In this document: piece after piece, positions 11,136 through 25,075 of the stretch
Position numbering within the stretch: position 1 is the first letter of the stretch
Layout of the letters: each line of letters begins with the position of its first letter
Origin: Amphiscolops sp. MND2022
Lineage: Eukaryota
Length of the DNA: 64,000 nucleotides
Direction of reading: 5' to 3'
Assembly: GCA_964187785.1 (NCBI GenBank)
Contig: OZ076412.1
Coordinates: 23,064,001-23,128,000, forward strand
Notes under the pieces: generated by a model
What the model was told of the DNA's origin: nothing
What the model saw: the letters and a program-made list of their open reading frames with translations, nothing else
Database searches by the model: none
Translations under genes and position numbers: made by a program

Positions 11136-13160
11136 TGTGACGTGGGACTGAAATAATATGAATCAACTGGGATTTTGATTGAACAAACCCGATTTTTATG
11201 ATACCTAGGAATTTTTAGGTGAGGAACAATTGATGCTAGGAAAGTATAAATATCTTGGTTTTGTAAATTAAATCAGAGAAAGTTGTTTGTAATCTTTGTT
11301 ACACTGTTACGTTGCTAAACCGATTTTTCTTGAAAAATTCAAATCTCTTTGAAACATATTGTTTCTTCTGAAAAATGACAACTCGAGGTCAGAAAAGCCT
11401 TAAAACACATTCATTGCACCTACATCAATTCCTATAAACAATTAAAACGACTACCCAAAATAACATTCCGTTAGGTAGTCGTAACAGGTAATTCAAAGAA
11501 AACAATGTTCTGTTGAACTTTAGATATACTCAGACGCCTTTCTGGAAGCAATCTACGCTGTTGCATATCTTAGAGCTGCGACCAATAAAGGCTTTGCAGT
11601 CAGTTTTAGATAGGCCTTGAGATTTAGGTCATGATATAGGAAATCTCGAGAAAGTTTACTATTGGACAGATTATGTGTCAGTGCTATAAAATGTACGTTT
11701 GTCTTCAAGAAACAGGTTAGATGACATTTCGGACACGTTCACAGTAGATGAATGGAGGCATACCAAAACCCCGCGGAATCTAGCTGACATTGGTACGCGA
11801 GAAATGACGGTGTCTCAGTTGCTTGAATTTGAATGGTTAACATGGCCCACTAGGGTTTACATAACTCCGGAAAGGTGTCCCAGTCTAAAACCAACAGTAG
11901 TCATGAAAGATGATGCAATTGCCTTTTCGTGTTTTTGTATCACTCTCGGAGTCTGTTATCAACTGGACAACGCTCAGCGAGTTCCGAAAATCAACTCAGC
12001 GTGGAAGTCTGCTCTCACAGAGTCATTAGTAGACAAAAAAAATGCTCAATCAGCGTTGAATAAATAGAACGCGCCAAGATAGCAGCGCTACAGCTCCACT
12101 GAAGAAAGCCTTCGAAGAGGTATTGAAATACATGATTAGAAATTCGCAGGATAAAAATTGGCATTATTCTCAGAAACGAGTGTTTTTGTAAATGAAGAAG
12201 AGGCCATTCGAATGAATTTGAGATTTTCTGTCTGAATTGAGAACATGTGCGAGTCACACACTTGACACAAGCTGTTGAAGACGGACATCGTAAGAGTGCA
12301 GAGTACGTTCGAAAGGTCTTTAGCAAGAGTTCTAACAATAGGTTTCTGAAAAGCTTTCCGAAGCATCAAACGCCAATATACACCGCCGATACACCCTGAA
12401 TTGTATTGATGGATTCTCATATCAAATGCAGAACACTGGAGCGGAAAAATTTGGCCCATTGAAATCAATATTCTACGATCGACCTAAAAAACAGGTGCTG
12501 TCTACTTCCGAGCTGTTAATTTTGAGTTTGCGAAAAGTTTAGAGACAGAAAAGTTTATTAGTATGATAGTACTAACAAATTTCATGGCAAGACGAGATAA
12601 ACCTTTTGTTATTGTCAGCGATAAGGGTACCAACTCATGGGTGCGGCACGTGAATTCTGTGAGATTGTGCAATGGAACCGAAATCTAATCAGTGAGTGTC
12701 TTGCACAACAAAGTAATTTCTAGAACTCCAACCCCCTCGGAGCGCAGCATTTCGAAGGCGTTTGGAAGCGCTTAGTTAGAAGTCGTAAGAAAGCAATGTT
12801 TTCTACATTGGGCACAAGATCTCATGTTTTACCCGCCCTGACAACGACTCTGTGTTTTGAGGAACACACACTAAACCCCTGTTCATTCATACCCGTGGTT
12901 AACGATTTTGGTGACCCGGAAGCCATGGCCTGTAATCAATTTTCACTCAGTGACTTTTGAGCCCAGAGTCATTACCCAAACATCGCTACATGTTGCTTCA
13001 AGATACATTGACTGTGGCAAAGCGTACCAAGTGTTCAAAGTTACAAAAAATGGTTTTGCAACGATGGACTGAAGAGTATCTCCCACAATGCAATCTATGT
13101 GTCAAACCGAAGAACAAACCGTTTCTTCTCTTGATGTTGGCAACTCAGTTTGACTAATCT
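11136..13160 (+). mobile_element. BEL/Pao remnant: possible LTR (11136-11356) plus degenerate RNase H and integrase
   Basis: YSDAFLEAIYAVAYLR, RNRLDDI..EWRH..RNLADIGTR..WLTWP, FMARRDKPFVIVSDKGTN and EEYLP are recognisable, with many stops. The TG...TATAAA...CA block is only a tentative LTR. Confidence 0.8.
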
Positions 13161-13269
13161 GTGAACTATCCAAGCGCTTTTCCAAAACACCTAAAGTTTT
13201 GCAAATGTATGTCTTAGCCAGTAATGTTCGGAATGTCGAGGAGGTCTCTAACCTGCTCTCAATGAGAAG

Positions 13270-15450
13270 CAGTAGAGTGCTTCCAGTAATTTCAGTAACG
13301 ACAGAGATTTGGAGCAAAACACTGGAAACATTCGCTTGTGCCACTCTGGAGCTAGTTTGTCGCTTGTGGACGAGCGTGGGATGAAAGCGCTGAATCTCAG
13401 ATAAAGAGAATGCTAGTCAAGCTTGGATATCAAGAAGAAGTGGTTGACGAAAATATCCTTGCCTGTAGTCAAACCAATATTAAAAGTGGGAACACGAACA
13501 AACAACTTCAAGAATATGGAGGAAACATATCCTCATCTGTCAGTTTTGAAAGATTTTATCATCAACCTGAAAGATGTCAAAGTTATCGTGGGCCAAGATT
13601 GTTATCACCTGCATAGAGCAAATGATTATAGAAAGTGTGCAAACGCTAGGCCTTGGGCAGTACAGAAGAAGCTTGGATGGGTGCTCAGTGGGCCCTTGTC
13701 TCAACAAGAGAATGCGGAACACGCAATTGGAAGCCTAGTTGCAGCTGATGTGGACCCACTGGCGGATCAAAAGAAAACTTGGTTGAGCATGGAAATGTAT
13801 GACTTCCAACTCAGCATAATCAGGAAATTCCCAGGAATGTGAGAAGGCCCTTGAGTTGCTCGAAGCAACATCGAAGTTCGACGGAGAGAAGAAGGAGATC
13901 GGCTACTTCGGAAAAAAGCAAAACCGCATCTGCCAAACAAGTACAGTTTGCCAGTGAGGCGATTGAAATCTCTCGAGCGCCGAATGGAAACGAATGAGCA
14001 ATTAAAACAACCTTACCGTGAGACCATTGACAAATAACGGGCTTTGTGAAGATGCATGGTTAAACAGAGCTTGAAAACACTAAAACAGACCTTCAGTGGT
14101 ACGTTCAACATCCCCCTGTGCTGAAACCGAACAAGGCGGACATAGTGAGTATGCAACGCTACTTCAACGTTCGGAGGTGTCATACTCAATGATAATGTGA
14201 TTGCCGGACCCGACTTTATCTACTCTCTCAAAGGAATTAACATCAGATTCAAGGAGAGGCAAATTGCTCTGACAACGGACGTTGAAGCGATGTTTCTCTA
14301 AGTAAAATTTGCTTGCAGACTGCAAAGTGCTCACATCTTTGCGGAAAAGAACAGCACTGAACCTATCCCTTTGTATGAAAATGAAAGACACTTTTTGGAG
14401 CTAAGAGTTCGCCAACATGTGTCACTACGCTTTGCAACAAGTCGAACGAGACTGCAGAGATGACAATGGGTTGGCAGCAAACTTGACCAACAGACGTTTC
14501 TCTATAGACAGTTCTGTGGATTCAGTAACTTCAGAGGAAGAGGCTGTTGAAGTGTACAAAAGCTTGCAAAAGTCCTCGGCGAACAGTGGTTTCCAACTAA
14601 CGAAATGGACTTGCAACTCGAAGAAAGTAATGGACGAAATAATTCCTGAAGATGGGTCAGTCGCGCTAAGTAGGACTTTCAAAGCAGAAGCCTTGGCACC
14701 GTCTCTTTTTGCACTTCAGTTGAGTTGAGTCACATGAATGAGATGGGTATCAAAAGAACAATCTATCAAAAAATTGAAGTAGTGTACTTGCTTTTTTTCA
14801 ACGATGCACCCCTGGAAGCAATGGCAGAGTTGCATATTTTCGAGAGCAGCAAACCGGAGAGCTTGTCTATGACATAAGAAAATGCCGGGAGGAGCCAAGG
14901 AAGCAACTATCAATACCACTGTAGAGCTACAAGAAGCTATGTATGGCACTCGATTGAAACAACTCATCGTAGAGAGATTTAAATGGAGCACAGAAGAAGT
15001 TAGACAACTGGAGGTTATTGATTTGGTTTGGAAAGTGGATGAGAAGGTTAATCGAGCACACGAGAAACTTGGGTAGTGTGCTGGAAGTCCGTCATTTAGG
15101 CGATGGACTAGTGAGATCAAGGCTGGGGAAAACCGAAGTTGGAAAACTCAAAAGACTAGTACAAAACTAGCACTTTTGTTCTACTGAAGTGATTTCAGGG
15201 TGAAAAACATTGCCAGCAATGCTGGCGCTAGTCAATTGCAAGAACAAAGTTTCAAATTCAAACGTCACTGATGAAACCAAAAACTAAAAACATTTAGACA
15301 CTCAGTTAGCACTGAACCACATTTAGCAAAAAAGGCCCTGTGTAAGAAAAGAGCTTTTCCTTCTTTGAGACTCACTTATCCAACCAGCCTGAATCTTGTC
15401 ATGAATATACTCAAAGTGCGAACTTAGCATTTTACTCGGAGCACCCCACA
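13270..15450 (+). mobile_element. BEL/Pao remnant with internal deletion and 3' LTR
   Basis: Protease region (PWAVQKKLGWVLSGPL), RT (VDSVTSEEEAVEVYKSL..GFQLTKW) and RNase H fused directly to the integrase tail. Confidence 0.82.
15220..15450 (+). repeat. BEL/Pao LTR
   Basis: TG(C)TGGCGCTAGTCAATTG...GGAGCACCCCACA directly after the pol end. Homologous copies at about 22215-22430 (partial) and 22617-22845. Confidence 0.78.
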
Positions 15451-15966
15451 ACGTTTTGCCCCTGGGTTCCGAGCATTAGCACCGCAAGTGTTGTACGTCG
15501 ACCCCATAAATACTCAATTTTCTCATACAATTTATTTTGTGATTTTTTCAAATGACTTGAAGGAAATGTAATTCTCAGGGAATTGGTGATATAGACCTTG
15601 TGTAAACATACTTTTGTGACCAACATAATAAAAACGCCAAACAGACCACATAGTTTGATTACACAGCCAATAACTCCATCTTATGCATTGAATGTCATTC
15701 ATTTATACTTACTTAATATTTGATTTATGTTTACTGAAGAATTGTAAGCCATATTCATACCAATACTACAGAAAAATTTCCACGAGTGAATGGTTTTTGA
15801 AAATTTGAGTTGCTGGACCACGAGAATAACCTTTTGCTGAAAGTCACAGCGAACAAGTAGCTACTCTCATAGTTGGAGAGTTGGAGAGCGTGTAGATACA
15901 GAGCAAAGCGTCATCGCTGGCGATCCTGGGTCACATCCGTTGGGTCACAACGGACCTTCCAGCTAA

Positions 15967-18900
15967 AAGATATAAACTTTTACGAAGACGAAAACCAGGA
16001 TAGCTTAGTAGTTGCAGAATTCATGCAGCTAAATTCTTCGGGATTGTCAAACGCGAAACTAACTGTACTCGAAAAATACATCAACGACATGAAACCCGAC
16101 TTTATATCACTAATCGAAACCAAACAAAGGTTTCCACATGACGTTTTCAAAAACTATCGGACGTTTTCACATCATCAACAAGCACATCATGGCGGAGTGG
16201 CCCTTTCAGTGCCTAAAGACATTAGCTGCAGCGAAATTCAGAACTTCCGGAAAAAACTTTTGACTCTATCTGGTGTGCAGTGTACCTTGGTCATAAATTC
16301 TTCATTCTAGCAACTGCGTACATTCCTCCAAACGCCGAAGACAGTTTTAAAGACTTCCTTGATTCCTTGGAAGGTGCAAGAGCATATGCTCAAAGAAGCA
16401 ACATGACGGGAGTTATCTTGAAGGGAGACCTGAATGCTATAAGTCTTTTGTGGGGCGATACACGTTGCAATGAGAAAGACGAAATGTTGGAACACTTCGT
16501 CGAAAAGCCCGAGGTGAACATTCTAATTGATGGCGAACATACTTTTCACGCAGCTAACGGAACCTCCATCATTGATTTACTCATCGAACCGGACAGTATA
16601 ACCAGCTGGAATTTCTCTCTTTACACGGACACTAAAGTCGAGCTGTTCACTGGCTATCCTAACAGTAGACATGTACCGGTTTTCAAATCGTTTGACATAA
16701 CAATCAAAAGTAGCAACAGAAAAACCAAACTTGACCTGGAAAACGCTGACTGGGACAGATGGCGAGAAGCTTTGGAAAAAGAAGACAATAGACGGACTCC
16801 ACTAACCCGATATACAACAGCCCTGATGAAGCGTGGCTGATGATTAGCAAAACATTGGAGAAACTAAATAAGCTATGCATCCCAACCAACATTTGCTCAG
16901 TTTATAGTTAATCTTTTTGGAACAAACATCTGGCGAACTCAAGCAACAGCTTAAGAAAACTTCAAAAACGATTCAAACGTACTTCGACTCCAGGAAATCT
17001 TGCAGCTATGAATGATGCTCGCGAAAGTTCAAAAAAGAAGTTAAGAGGCAGCATCCAGATGGACTATACAGAAAAAACTAGACTTTAGCAGTGCCCATCA
17101 CGGAAATGAGTTCTAGAAAAACTTCAAAAAGATCTTCTCTAATCAAATAAAACAATGATTGCTCCTCTTAAATGTAAAAACGGACTTTGCTTCACAGCCA
17201 AAGAAAAAGCCGATGTACTCATGGACACTTTTTTCAGCGGAAAACAATTGAATGAGAAGGACTTTGACCAAAACTTTGAGCAAATGACGAATCAGCAAAT
17301 TGAACTTATTCGCCAACTCGGGCAAAAACAAGAACAAGATAGTTTATTGTATATTGAAGATGATGAGATGCATGAACTTGCAAACGTCTTTAACAAACTT
17401 CACAACACAACTTCATTTGACAAAAACAATTTTCATCGCAAGATGATTGTCAGTTCTGGCCCAAATTTTCGCATATACCTAGTGAGTCTCTTCAGCTCCT
17501 GTCTAACAAATGGTCAATGGCCGTGGACAGAATCTCGTGTTCTTTTTAATAAAAAACCATCTAAACCAGACTATACTGAACCCTCTGCAAATAGACCCTC
17601 TGCATGAGCAGTCATATTGGTAATGTGTCTGAAAAGGATATTAAACAACAGAATAAAAACTTTCCTGATGAATAACAACTTAACTGACCACGAACAAGAA
17701 GGCTTCTTACCTAAAAAGATTCTACACGTTCACTGTACCGACTCAAGATTGAATACGAAATATTTACTAGAGACAAAACGATAGCTGCTCTCGTTAACCT
17801 CGACCTTGAAAAAACGTTTGATAGGGTTTGGCACAATGGGTTGTTGCTCGAACTATGGACGGCAGGAATAAGAGGACTTCTCTTCAAACTACTCAGGCAA
17901 GTTTCTCACTTGCCGTGTTGTGAAAACAAGACTTGACAGTGTGACCAGCCATCCTTTCCAACCTAAACAGGGCGTACCACAGAGAGTGAACTCCACCCCT
18001 GCTTTTTATTTTCTACATTGCAGATATGCCAAATTATACAGCAGGGATAGTTCAAATATGCTGATGACTCACAGGTATTCGTAATAACTGACAACCAATC
18101 AACCACGTGCCTCACTGTTGAACAAAACCTGAACGCGGTCGATATTTGGTGCCGAACATAGCGGATCCAAATGAATGGCACCAAGACCGAAATCGTGCCC
18201 ATTAACAGACATGAACATACCTGTGTTCAAATTGAGACGAAAAAATTGCAAAATGAACTATGAGACAAAGATGCTTGGAATGACAGTCGATGACAGTTTC
18301 TCGTTTAAAAGGCATGCAGAGAAGATAACTGCTCGTTGAAAAGGTCGGTGGAAAGAAATGAGAGTTCACCATAATAAGAAATGGGGTCTTTCGCGGAATA
18401 CACTTGTCCTTCTATTCAAATCTCTCGCTTTACCAACGTTACTCTACTGTGCTCCTGTATGGGCAAATCAAAATACCAAGAAGCTCGGAAGTTTTCAATT
18501 GTTCGTCAATCGCGATATTTTAGAGACAAGGTACTATCCGAATTCAATGGCTACCGAAGTGCCACTGGGCATACCTCCAATAGACATTGTTGTTCGAAAC
18601 GTCTCAGCAAAATTTCTTACGAAAGTTCTAAAATATCATGATCATCTGAGGAATTGCGTTATTCAACACCAAAATTCTTTGACGTTCATCACTACTCAGA
18701 GATAAATATTGGAACAATTCTACAATCTGAAATACATTGATTTATCTGACGACCATAGCTACACCGAAGGTGTGAGAAGAAATCACATACTTCACAGATG
18801 GAACTCTAGGTGGCTATACCCGGATTTTGCTACACAACTAAAGAATCTTGTTCATAAAGTTGACATTTACCCAAAACTGGTGAAAGTAAACACTACTAAA

Positions 18901-19249
18901 CAAGTATGGCGGACTTCTATCGAACTACTACTGGATATAAACCCCTCAATAAATAACTTTGCTTACAATAGAAGTCTGACTGCTAGCCCGTTTTGCCCTT
19001 GTAAAGAAAGTGACAAAACGGCTACTCGTTTTTTATTCGACTGTACCATATACGAAGCTACGAACTGACCCGCAAAAATTTCAACCTCTACGACCTACAA
19101 GACTGTGTAAATCTGATTGAATCCATACGAACTAGCGGACGTTTCGATTAACTACAACATCCTATTACTGACAAGTGTAAATTGATCTCTACTCGTGATT
19201 GCTTATTCGGTGATAAAACATGCCCGCATGAAAGGGGATTTAAAGAGTA
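15967..19249 (+). mobile_element. 5'-truncated LINE (APE-RT-CCHC ORF2), decayed; I/Jockey-group-like
   Basis: APE (FMQLNSSGLS..LIET, GDLNA, SIIDL, HVPV), RT (LDLEKTFDRVWH, GVPQ, YADD) and C-terminal SPFCPC...FLFDC, with many frameshifts. The 3' end runs into the N gap. Confidence 0.9.
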
Positions 19250-19449
19250 NNNNNNNNNNNNNNNNNNNNNNNNNNNNNNNNNNNNNNNNNNNNNNNNNNN
19301 NNNNNNNNNNNNNNNNNNNNNNNNNNNNNNNNNNNNNNNNNNNNNNNNNNNNNNNNNNNNNNNNNNNNNNNNNNNNNNNNNNNNNNNNNNNNNNNNNNNN
19401 NNNNNNNNNNNNNNNNNNNNNNNNNNNNNNNNNNNNNNNNNNNNNNNNN
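19250..19449. other. Assembly gap (200 N)
   Basis: Run of N. Confidence 1.
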
Positions 19450-19959
19450 GTAGTTGTCACAGTACCTATCAACGGATCAGGGCGGCGTTAGGCTTGTAAA
19501 GCCACAGCGAAAGATAAAGTGCAAGCAGCTGTTACAATCTTGTTATGTTCCATCGTTGTAGGTCTGAGATCAGATAGTTATGGAACGAATGAGGCGGTTG
19601 CTGAAATTAGCACCTACTAACGATTGGGTGTTTTTATCACGTTTACAAATCACTTGATGCAAAGTCCCTTGACTTCACAATTTTCTAACAAAAGACCACA
19701 AAATTAAGTCAAGTCCATTCTAACTCAAGCAATGACACAAAAAATTTTAGCGACCAAAATGGAACTGATTTTTCAACAAAAGGAAAGAGAACATGATGAG
19801 AAACAATTAGCACATTTGTTGTATCGCTAGGTTGCATCGCTTTCCTTGCCAAGTAGCAGCAATGATGCATGGTCTTAGGGCACGTCACTCAGATTCGCTT
19901 GGCTCTTGATTTTAGTCTCCTAGGGGTATGTGAACATAGCTAACTACGTTATTAAATAC

Positions 19960-22845
19960 TTACACAAAGTTATTTATTTTCAAGTTCGTATTAAGCCTTG
20001 TGACCACGTACTCAAGGCAATTGGTTGAAAGAAAAATTCACCTGCCCAGGTGACTAAGGGAATTGGTCTATTACATCTAGCCCCTGTGCTTGATCCGTTG
20101 CGACAGTTTTCTCCTCTCACAGTGAGGATGATGAGATAACTGCTCAAAGAAACTGGAAAAAGCATGGGCTTCGTGTGACTAAGAATTTTCGCAGGACGAC
20201 GAGATGATTTCCAAGGATTAGGCATCGGAGTTGAGTAACATGAATGAGACGACTTGCAAAAGAAACAATCTATCAAAAAATGTTGAAGTTGTGGACTTGC
20301 CTTTTCCAACGATGCGTCCTTGGAAACAATGCCATCGTTGCTTATTTTCGAGAGCAGAAAACCGGAGTGTTTGCCTATGAAATGGGAAAATGCCGAGAGG
20401 CGCCATTGATGCAACCATCGAAACCACTGCCCCAGCTACAAGAAGCTATGTATGGCACCCTATTCGAACAACTCATCGTAGAACAACACGATATTGAAAT
20501 TGAACGAACTTTCTTTTGGACGGATTCGACAACTGTTTTCCAATGACACAACAATTGATTAGTGGAGACATGTCGAAGATACATAGGTACAAGAGGAAAT
20601 CCGTTTCTGATTCAGAACAAAGCGATTTTTTCACAGGGCCAGCATGACTTGGATAGAAAGGAGATCCTTCGTCATAAATTTCACCACAGTCGTTTCAATA
20701 GAAAACAGAAGACACAGAGCAAGTCCTTGAAGCCGTGAAGGAAGAAAAGGACAGCTTGCCGTAAAGGTCGGTTACTTCAGAAGACAGACTCGGATCTTCG
20801 CCTACTTCTTTCGATTCCAATCCAATGTCAAAAGAAAAATGGTAAAGGCAGAAGATTTGCAATGAGTGATCCGAATGCTACTAAAGAAAAATGGTAAAGG
20901 CAGAAGATTTGCAATGAGTGATCCGAATGCTACTGCGGATATTCCAGACGGATATCTTTGGTTTAACGTATCAAGCATTGCCTTCAGGGACACCTATGGC
21001 TGCATCTGATCACCCAGACAAACTTTCCCCATTTTTAAACGATCAGATGCAATTAGGAAATTACGACAGCGCTTTCGTCATGCTTGAGCAAGTTATGTTA
21101 TGAAACAACCAGTTTTGCTCATTGTGAAACATCCAATCGTAGGGAAATCGATTGAGGATGCGATCAAAATTACCTGTCACGAACGAAGAGGCAGATGTTT
21201 GCAATTATTTGCAGCAAAATTAATAAATAAATGGACTCCCAAACGCTCTCGAAATACGAAGTGGAAATTTGTTGAATGCAAAAAGCAAAAAATTACGGGA
21301 GACATGTTTAAAAAACGATTGGAAGAAAGCGTTTTCCGTCTTGTCAAAACTGGATTAGGTTACTTTATACCCTTTGAAGCCAGATTCACAAGAGAATGAT
21401 TGAAAAGACTGTGTTGTCAATTCACATGTTCAAAAACAAGAGCTGTGCATGTTAAAAACGTGCCCAGCCTGGAAGCAAACCCGGTATCTATTTACCTGAT
21501 AATTTCCTGTACTTTGTGGTCGCAGCAAAAGAATTTCGGGAGTGGATTGCAGGTTGGAGCCAATCGGAGATTTTGCAATCTTGAGCTCAAAAGAAAATGA
21601 AATGCAAGTTAAACCCTCCAGGTGAGCTACATTTCCAAGGTGTTTGGGATGGAATGGTTAGAAGCTGCAAGAAAGTATGTTGACAATAGTGGGAAACCGA
21701 ACACTGACAGACGATGTACTATGCATAACCTTGTGTTCAGACGAAAAAATTTTGATTTCGCGTGACAGTGATGAACCTGATGATTTTGAAGCTTTGACTC
21801 CAAACCACTTCCTGCTAGGACGCGGGAGTCCTGCAACTCCATTCATTTCCGACGATCAGCGGCATACAGATCTTCGAAGATTTCGATGTGGTGCGGAGTA
21901 TCACAAGCACAGTCTTATATGATCTGAAGCAGATAAAAGACAAAACGGAGAACATTTACCTCCATGGAATGAGAGAACTAAAAGGAACAAAGAAGAAGTT
22001 CGACAACTGGAAGCCAATGATTTGGTTTGAATAGTGGATGAGAATACGAATTGAGCACACAACAAATTGGGTAAAGTTCTGGAAGTCTGTCATGTGAGCG
22101 ATGGGCGAGTGAGATCAGCGCTTGTGAAATCTGAAGATGGAAAACTCGGAAGACCAGTATGAAACTGGCACGTTTGTTTTACTAAATTGTACTTAGGGAG
22201 AAAAACATTGCGAGCAATTCGGCCCCAGTCAATTGCAAGATCAGAAATTCAAATTCGAACATCACTGATGAAAGCTAAATCTCGAAACACTTAGACACTT
22301 AGCTAGAAACTAACCACTTTTAGCAAAAGTGATCCTATGTAAGAAAAGGTCCACCCATTTCGAGAACCTTTCACCCAACCAGCCTGAATCTTGGCATATT
22401 TAAACTCAAGTGAGAACATAGCTTTTTAGATGGATGTAAAGGTGAATCGAGCACACAAGAAATTGGCTAGCGTGCTGCAAGTCCGTCCGTCAATTAGGCG
22501 ATGGGAGAGTGAGATCAGCGTTGGTGAAAACCGAAGTTGGAAAACGCAAACGACTAATATGAAACTAGAACTTTTGTTCTACTAAATTGTATTTAGGGAG
22601 AAAAACATTGCCAGCAATATTGGCGCCAGTCAATTGAAAGATCAGAATTTTAAATTCAAACGTCTCTAATGAAACCAAAAACTGAAATCATTTAGACACT
22701 CAGTTAGAAATTAACCACTTTTAGCAAAAAAGGTCCTATGTAGGAAAAGGGCCATCCCCTCGAGAACCACTCATCCAACCAGCCTGAGTCTTGGCATTTT
22801 CATACTCAAAGTGCAAACTCAGATTTTACTCGGAGCACCCCACAC
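19960..22845 (+). mobile_element. BEL/Pao remnant with tandemly repeated integrase tail plus LTR
   Basis: RNase H (NDASLE), integrase (DSDEPDDFEALTPNHFLLGR). The integrase 3' end and LTR occur twice (about 22030-22430 and 22430-22845). Confidence 0.82.
20831..20934. repeat. Perfect 52-bp tandem duplication
   Basis: AAAGAAAAATGGTAAAGGCAGAAGATTTGCAATGAGTGATCCGAATGCTACT twice. Confidence 0.95.
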
Positions 22846-24254
22846 CGTACAGCTCCTGGATCCCGAGCATCTGGCACCGCAAGTGTTGTACGTCGAACCC
22901 TCATTAATCAATATTCTCATAGTTAATTTTGTGATTTTTTTCATTTGACCTTGATGGAATTGTATTTTTGTGGGAAATGGTGCATAGTGTAAACATTTTT
23001 TCGTGCCAACATAATGAAAATGCCAAAGACACCACTTAGTTTTTTATATAGCCAATAAATTCTCATCTTATGCTTTAAATGTAATTTATTTATACTTACT
23101 TATATTTGATTATGTTACCTGAAGAATTGTAAACCATATTCATACCATTACTAGAGAAAGATTTCAACTGAATGGTTTTTGTCAAGTTGAGTCTCAGGAC
23201 CACATGAATATTTTTTCTCGAGACTTCACAACTTTTTGCTAACTGTCAGAGCGAACAAGTAGTTACTCTCATAGTGGGAGAGTTGGCGAGTTGGATAGCG
23301 TGCCAATAAAGAGTGGAACGTTTCGGACGGTTCTCAGAAGGTCCAACCTAATGAGAAACGGTATTACAGGAGATCCTGGGTCACATCCGACGGGTCACAT
23401 CGGACCAACCAGCTAACAGTTACAGTTTTCTACAAAGTTGAAAACCAAGATTGTTTGTTAACGGTTCACAGTACGTGACAACGGATCAAGGCGGCGTAAA
23501 GCGTGTAAAGCCACAGCGAAAGATAAAGTGCAAGCAGCCGTTACAATCATGTTATGTTTCATCGTTTTAGGTCTGAAAGCAAATGTTTGTGAAACGAATG
23601 AGGCGGTTGGTGAAACCAGGACTGTACCATTGATTGGGTGTCCTTATCACGGCTACAAGTCGCTTGGCGCAACGATCTTCCAAAAACTTAGTATTTTCAT
23701 AACACACGACCACTAAATTAGGTAAAGTCCATTTTTTTTCGAGCAATGGCTAAAAACAACTTCTCAACGAACGAAATCGAATGGATTTTTTAACGAAATG
23801 CTTAAGAAACGAAAATGACAAGAAACGTTCTGCATATTTCTTGTATCGCTCGGCTGCTTCGCTCCCTTTCTCAAGTTGCAACATTGGGGAACGGCTATAA
23901 GGCAAGTCGCTCCGCTCCGCTTGGCTCCTGCCCTTGAGGCACGAGGGTTATGTGAGCATATTTGACTGCGTTTTAATAAAGTTAAACAAAATCTACCTCG
24001 CGTTTTCGACTTGGCATTAAACCACGACCAACTACCCGAGACGAGACGTTTGACTCGAAAAAATTCAGCCAAATGTTCAAAAATGCTAAGCCAAATGACT
24101 TCAAGCCACGTGACTTCAAACGAAGACTTTTGCAAAAACCTTGCTTGTAAACATTTGAGATGTCAGTTGAGACATCACGGATGAAGGACTTTGCTAGCTC
24201 AGTTCTTGCCCAATTTAGAGAGACATAATATGTGAAACACGTGGCAAGTTCATT

Positions 24255-25075
24255 TCATTGCCCACGTCAAACCGTCTAGAGGGGTATTTCTCTGCCCATG
24301 ATTTACTTTCTAGAAAAGATGACAAACATTCGAAAACTTTCAACCCTCATCAAGGCAAGTTCGGGTCTCAGTTGCTGAACGTTGTTTCTCACAAAAACTT
24401 AGGCCTGAAACTTGCTGATCAGCAGCTTCGTATTTCGATTGGTTCACGTCTCGGAGCCAACGTCTGAGTCCTCTGTATATGCCATTATGGTAGGAGTTGA
24501 ATGGGACTTCCTTGCAATAACAGTGCAGGTCGCTTTTTACGTCATGCTACTCTAAATTATCTCAATTGAAAGACGTTGTGATCGCTCGACTTGCCTTCAA
24601 TGCTGGAGCCGCCTGGATTGTACCGAACTGATGGCAACCCCCCAGAAGGTGTAACCATGAGTCCTTGGGAAACGAGTAAAGAGTTGGTGTGGGCTGACAC
24701 AATTGTGGATGATCCTGCACTCAAGATTCTTTGGGAAACGACTAAAGAGCTGGTGGGGGCTGAGACCGTTGTGTTTGCTCCTGCGCTCCTGAATCAATGC
24801 TCCTTATGCAACCCGGGTACCACCGCTATTGAAGCTAAAGAAGGGAAAATTTAGAAGTACCGCAAACTGATAGACAATGGTTGCATTTTTCTAGTGATGG
24901 TCATTGAAGTATAGGGTTCCTTAGGCGAGAGCAGTGAAATTTCCATCTCGCGTGTCTGAAATATTTGCTCTGTCGTTCGCACGATGATCAACGAGGTGGC
25001 GGCGTTTTGTAGCAACGCATTTCAATTACTCTTCAGATCGGCAATGCGGCCTATGTTCTAGGTACTGTGAGCGAC
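24255..25075 (+). mobile_element. 3' remnant of an RLE-type (CRE-like) non-LTR retrotransposon
   Basis: LRISIGSRLG..C...GRFLRHATLN, MLEPPGLYRTDGNPPEGVTMSPW..KELVWADT, EAKEGK and GNAAYVLGT match the CCHC plus PD..D endonuclease tail. Confidence 0.75.

Noticed and set aside
19182-19499. ORFs spanning the N run
   Set aside because: Artefacts of translating N.
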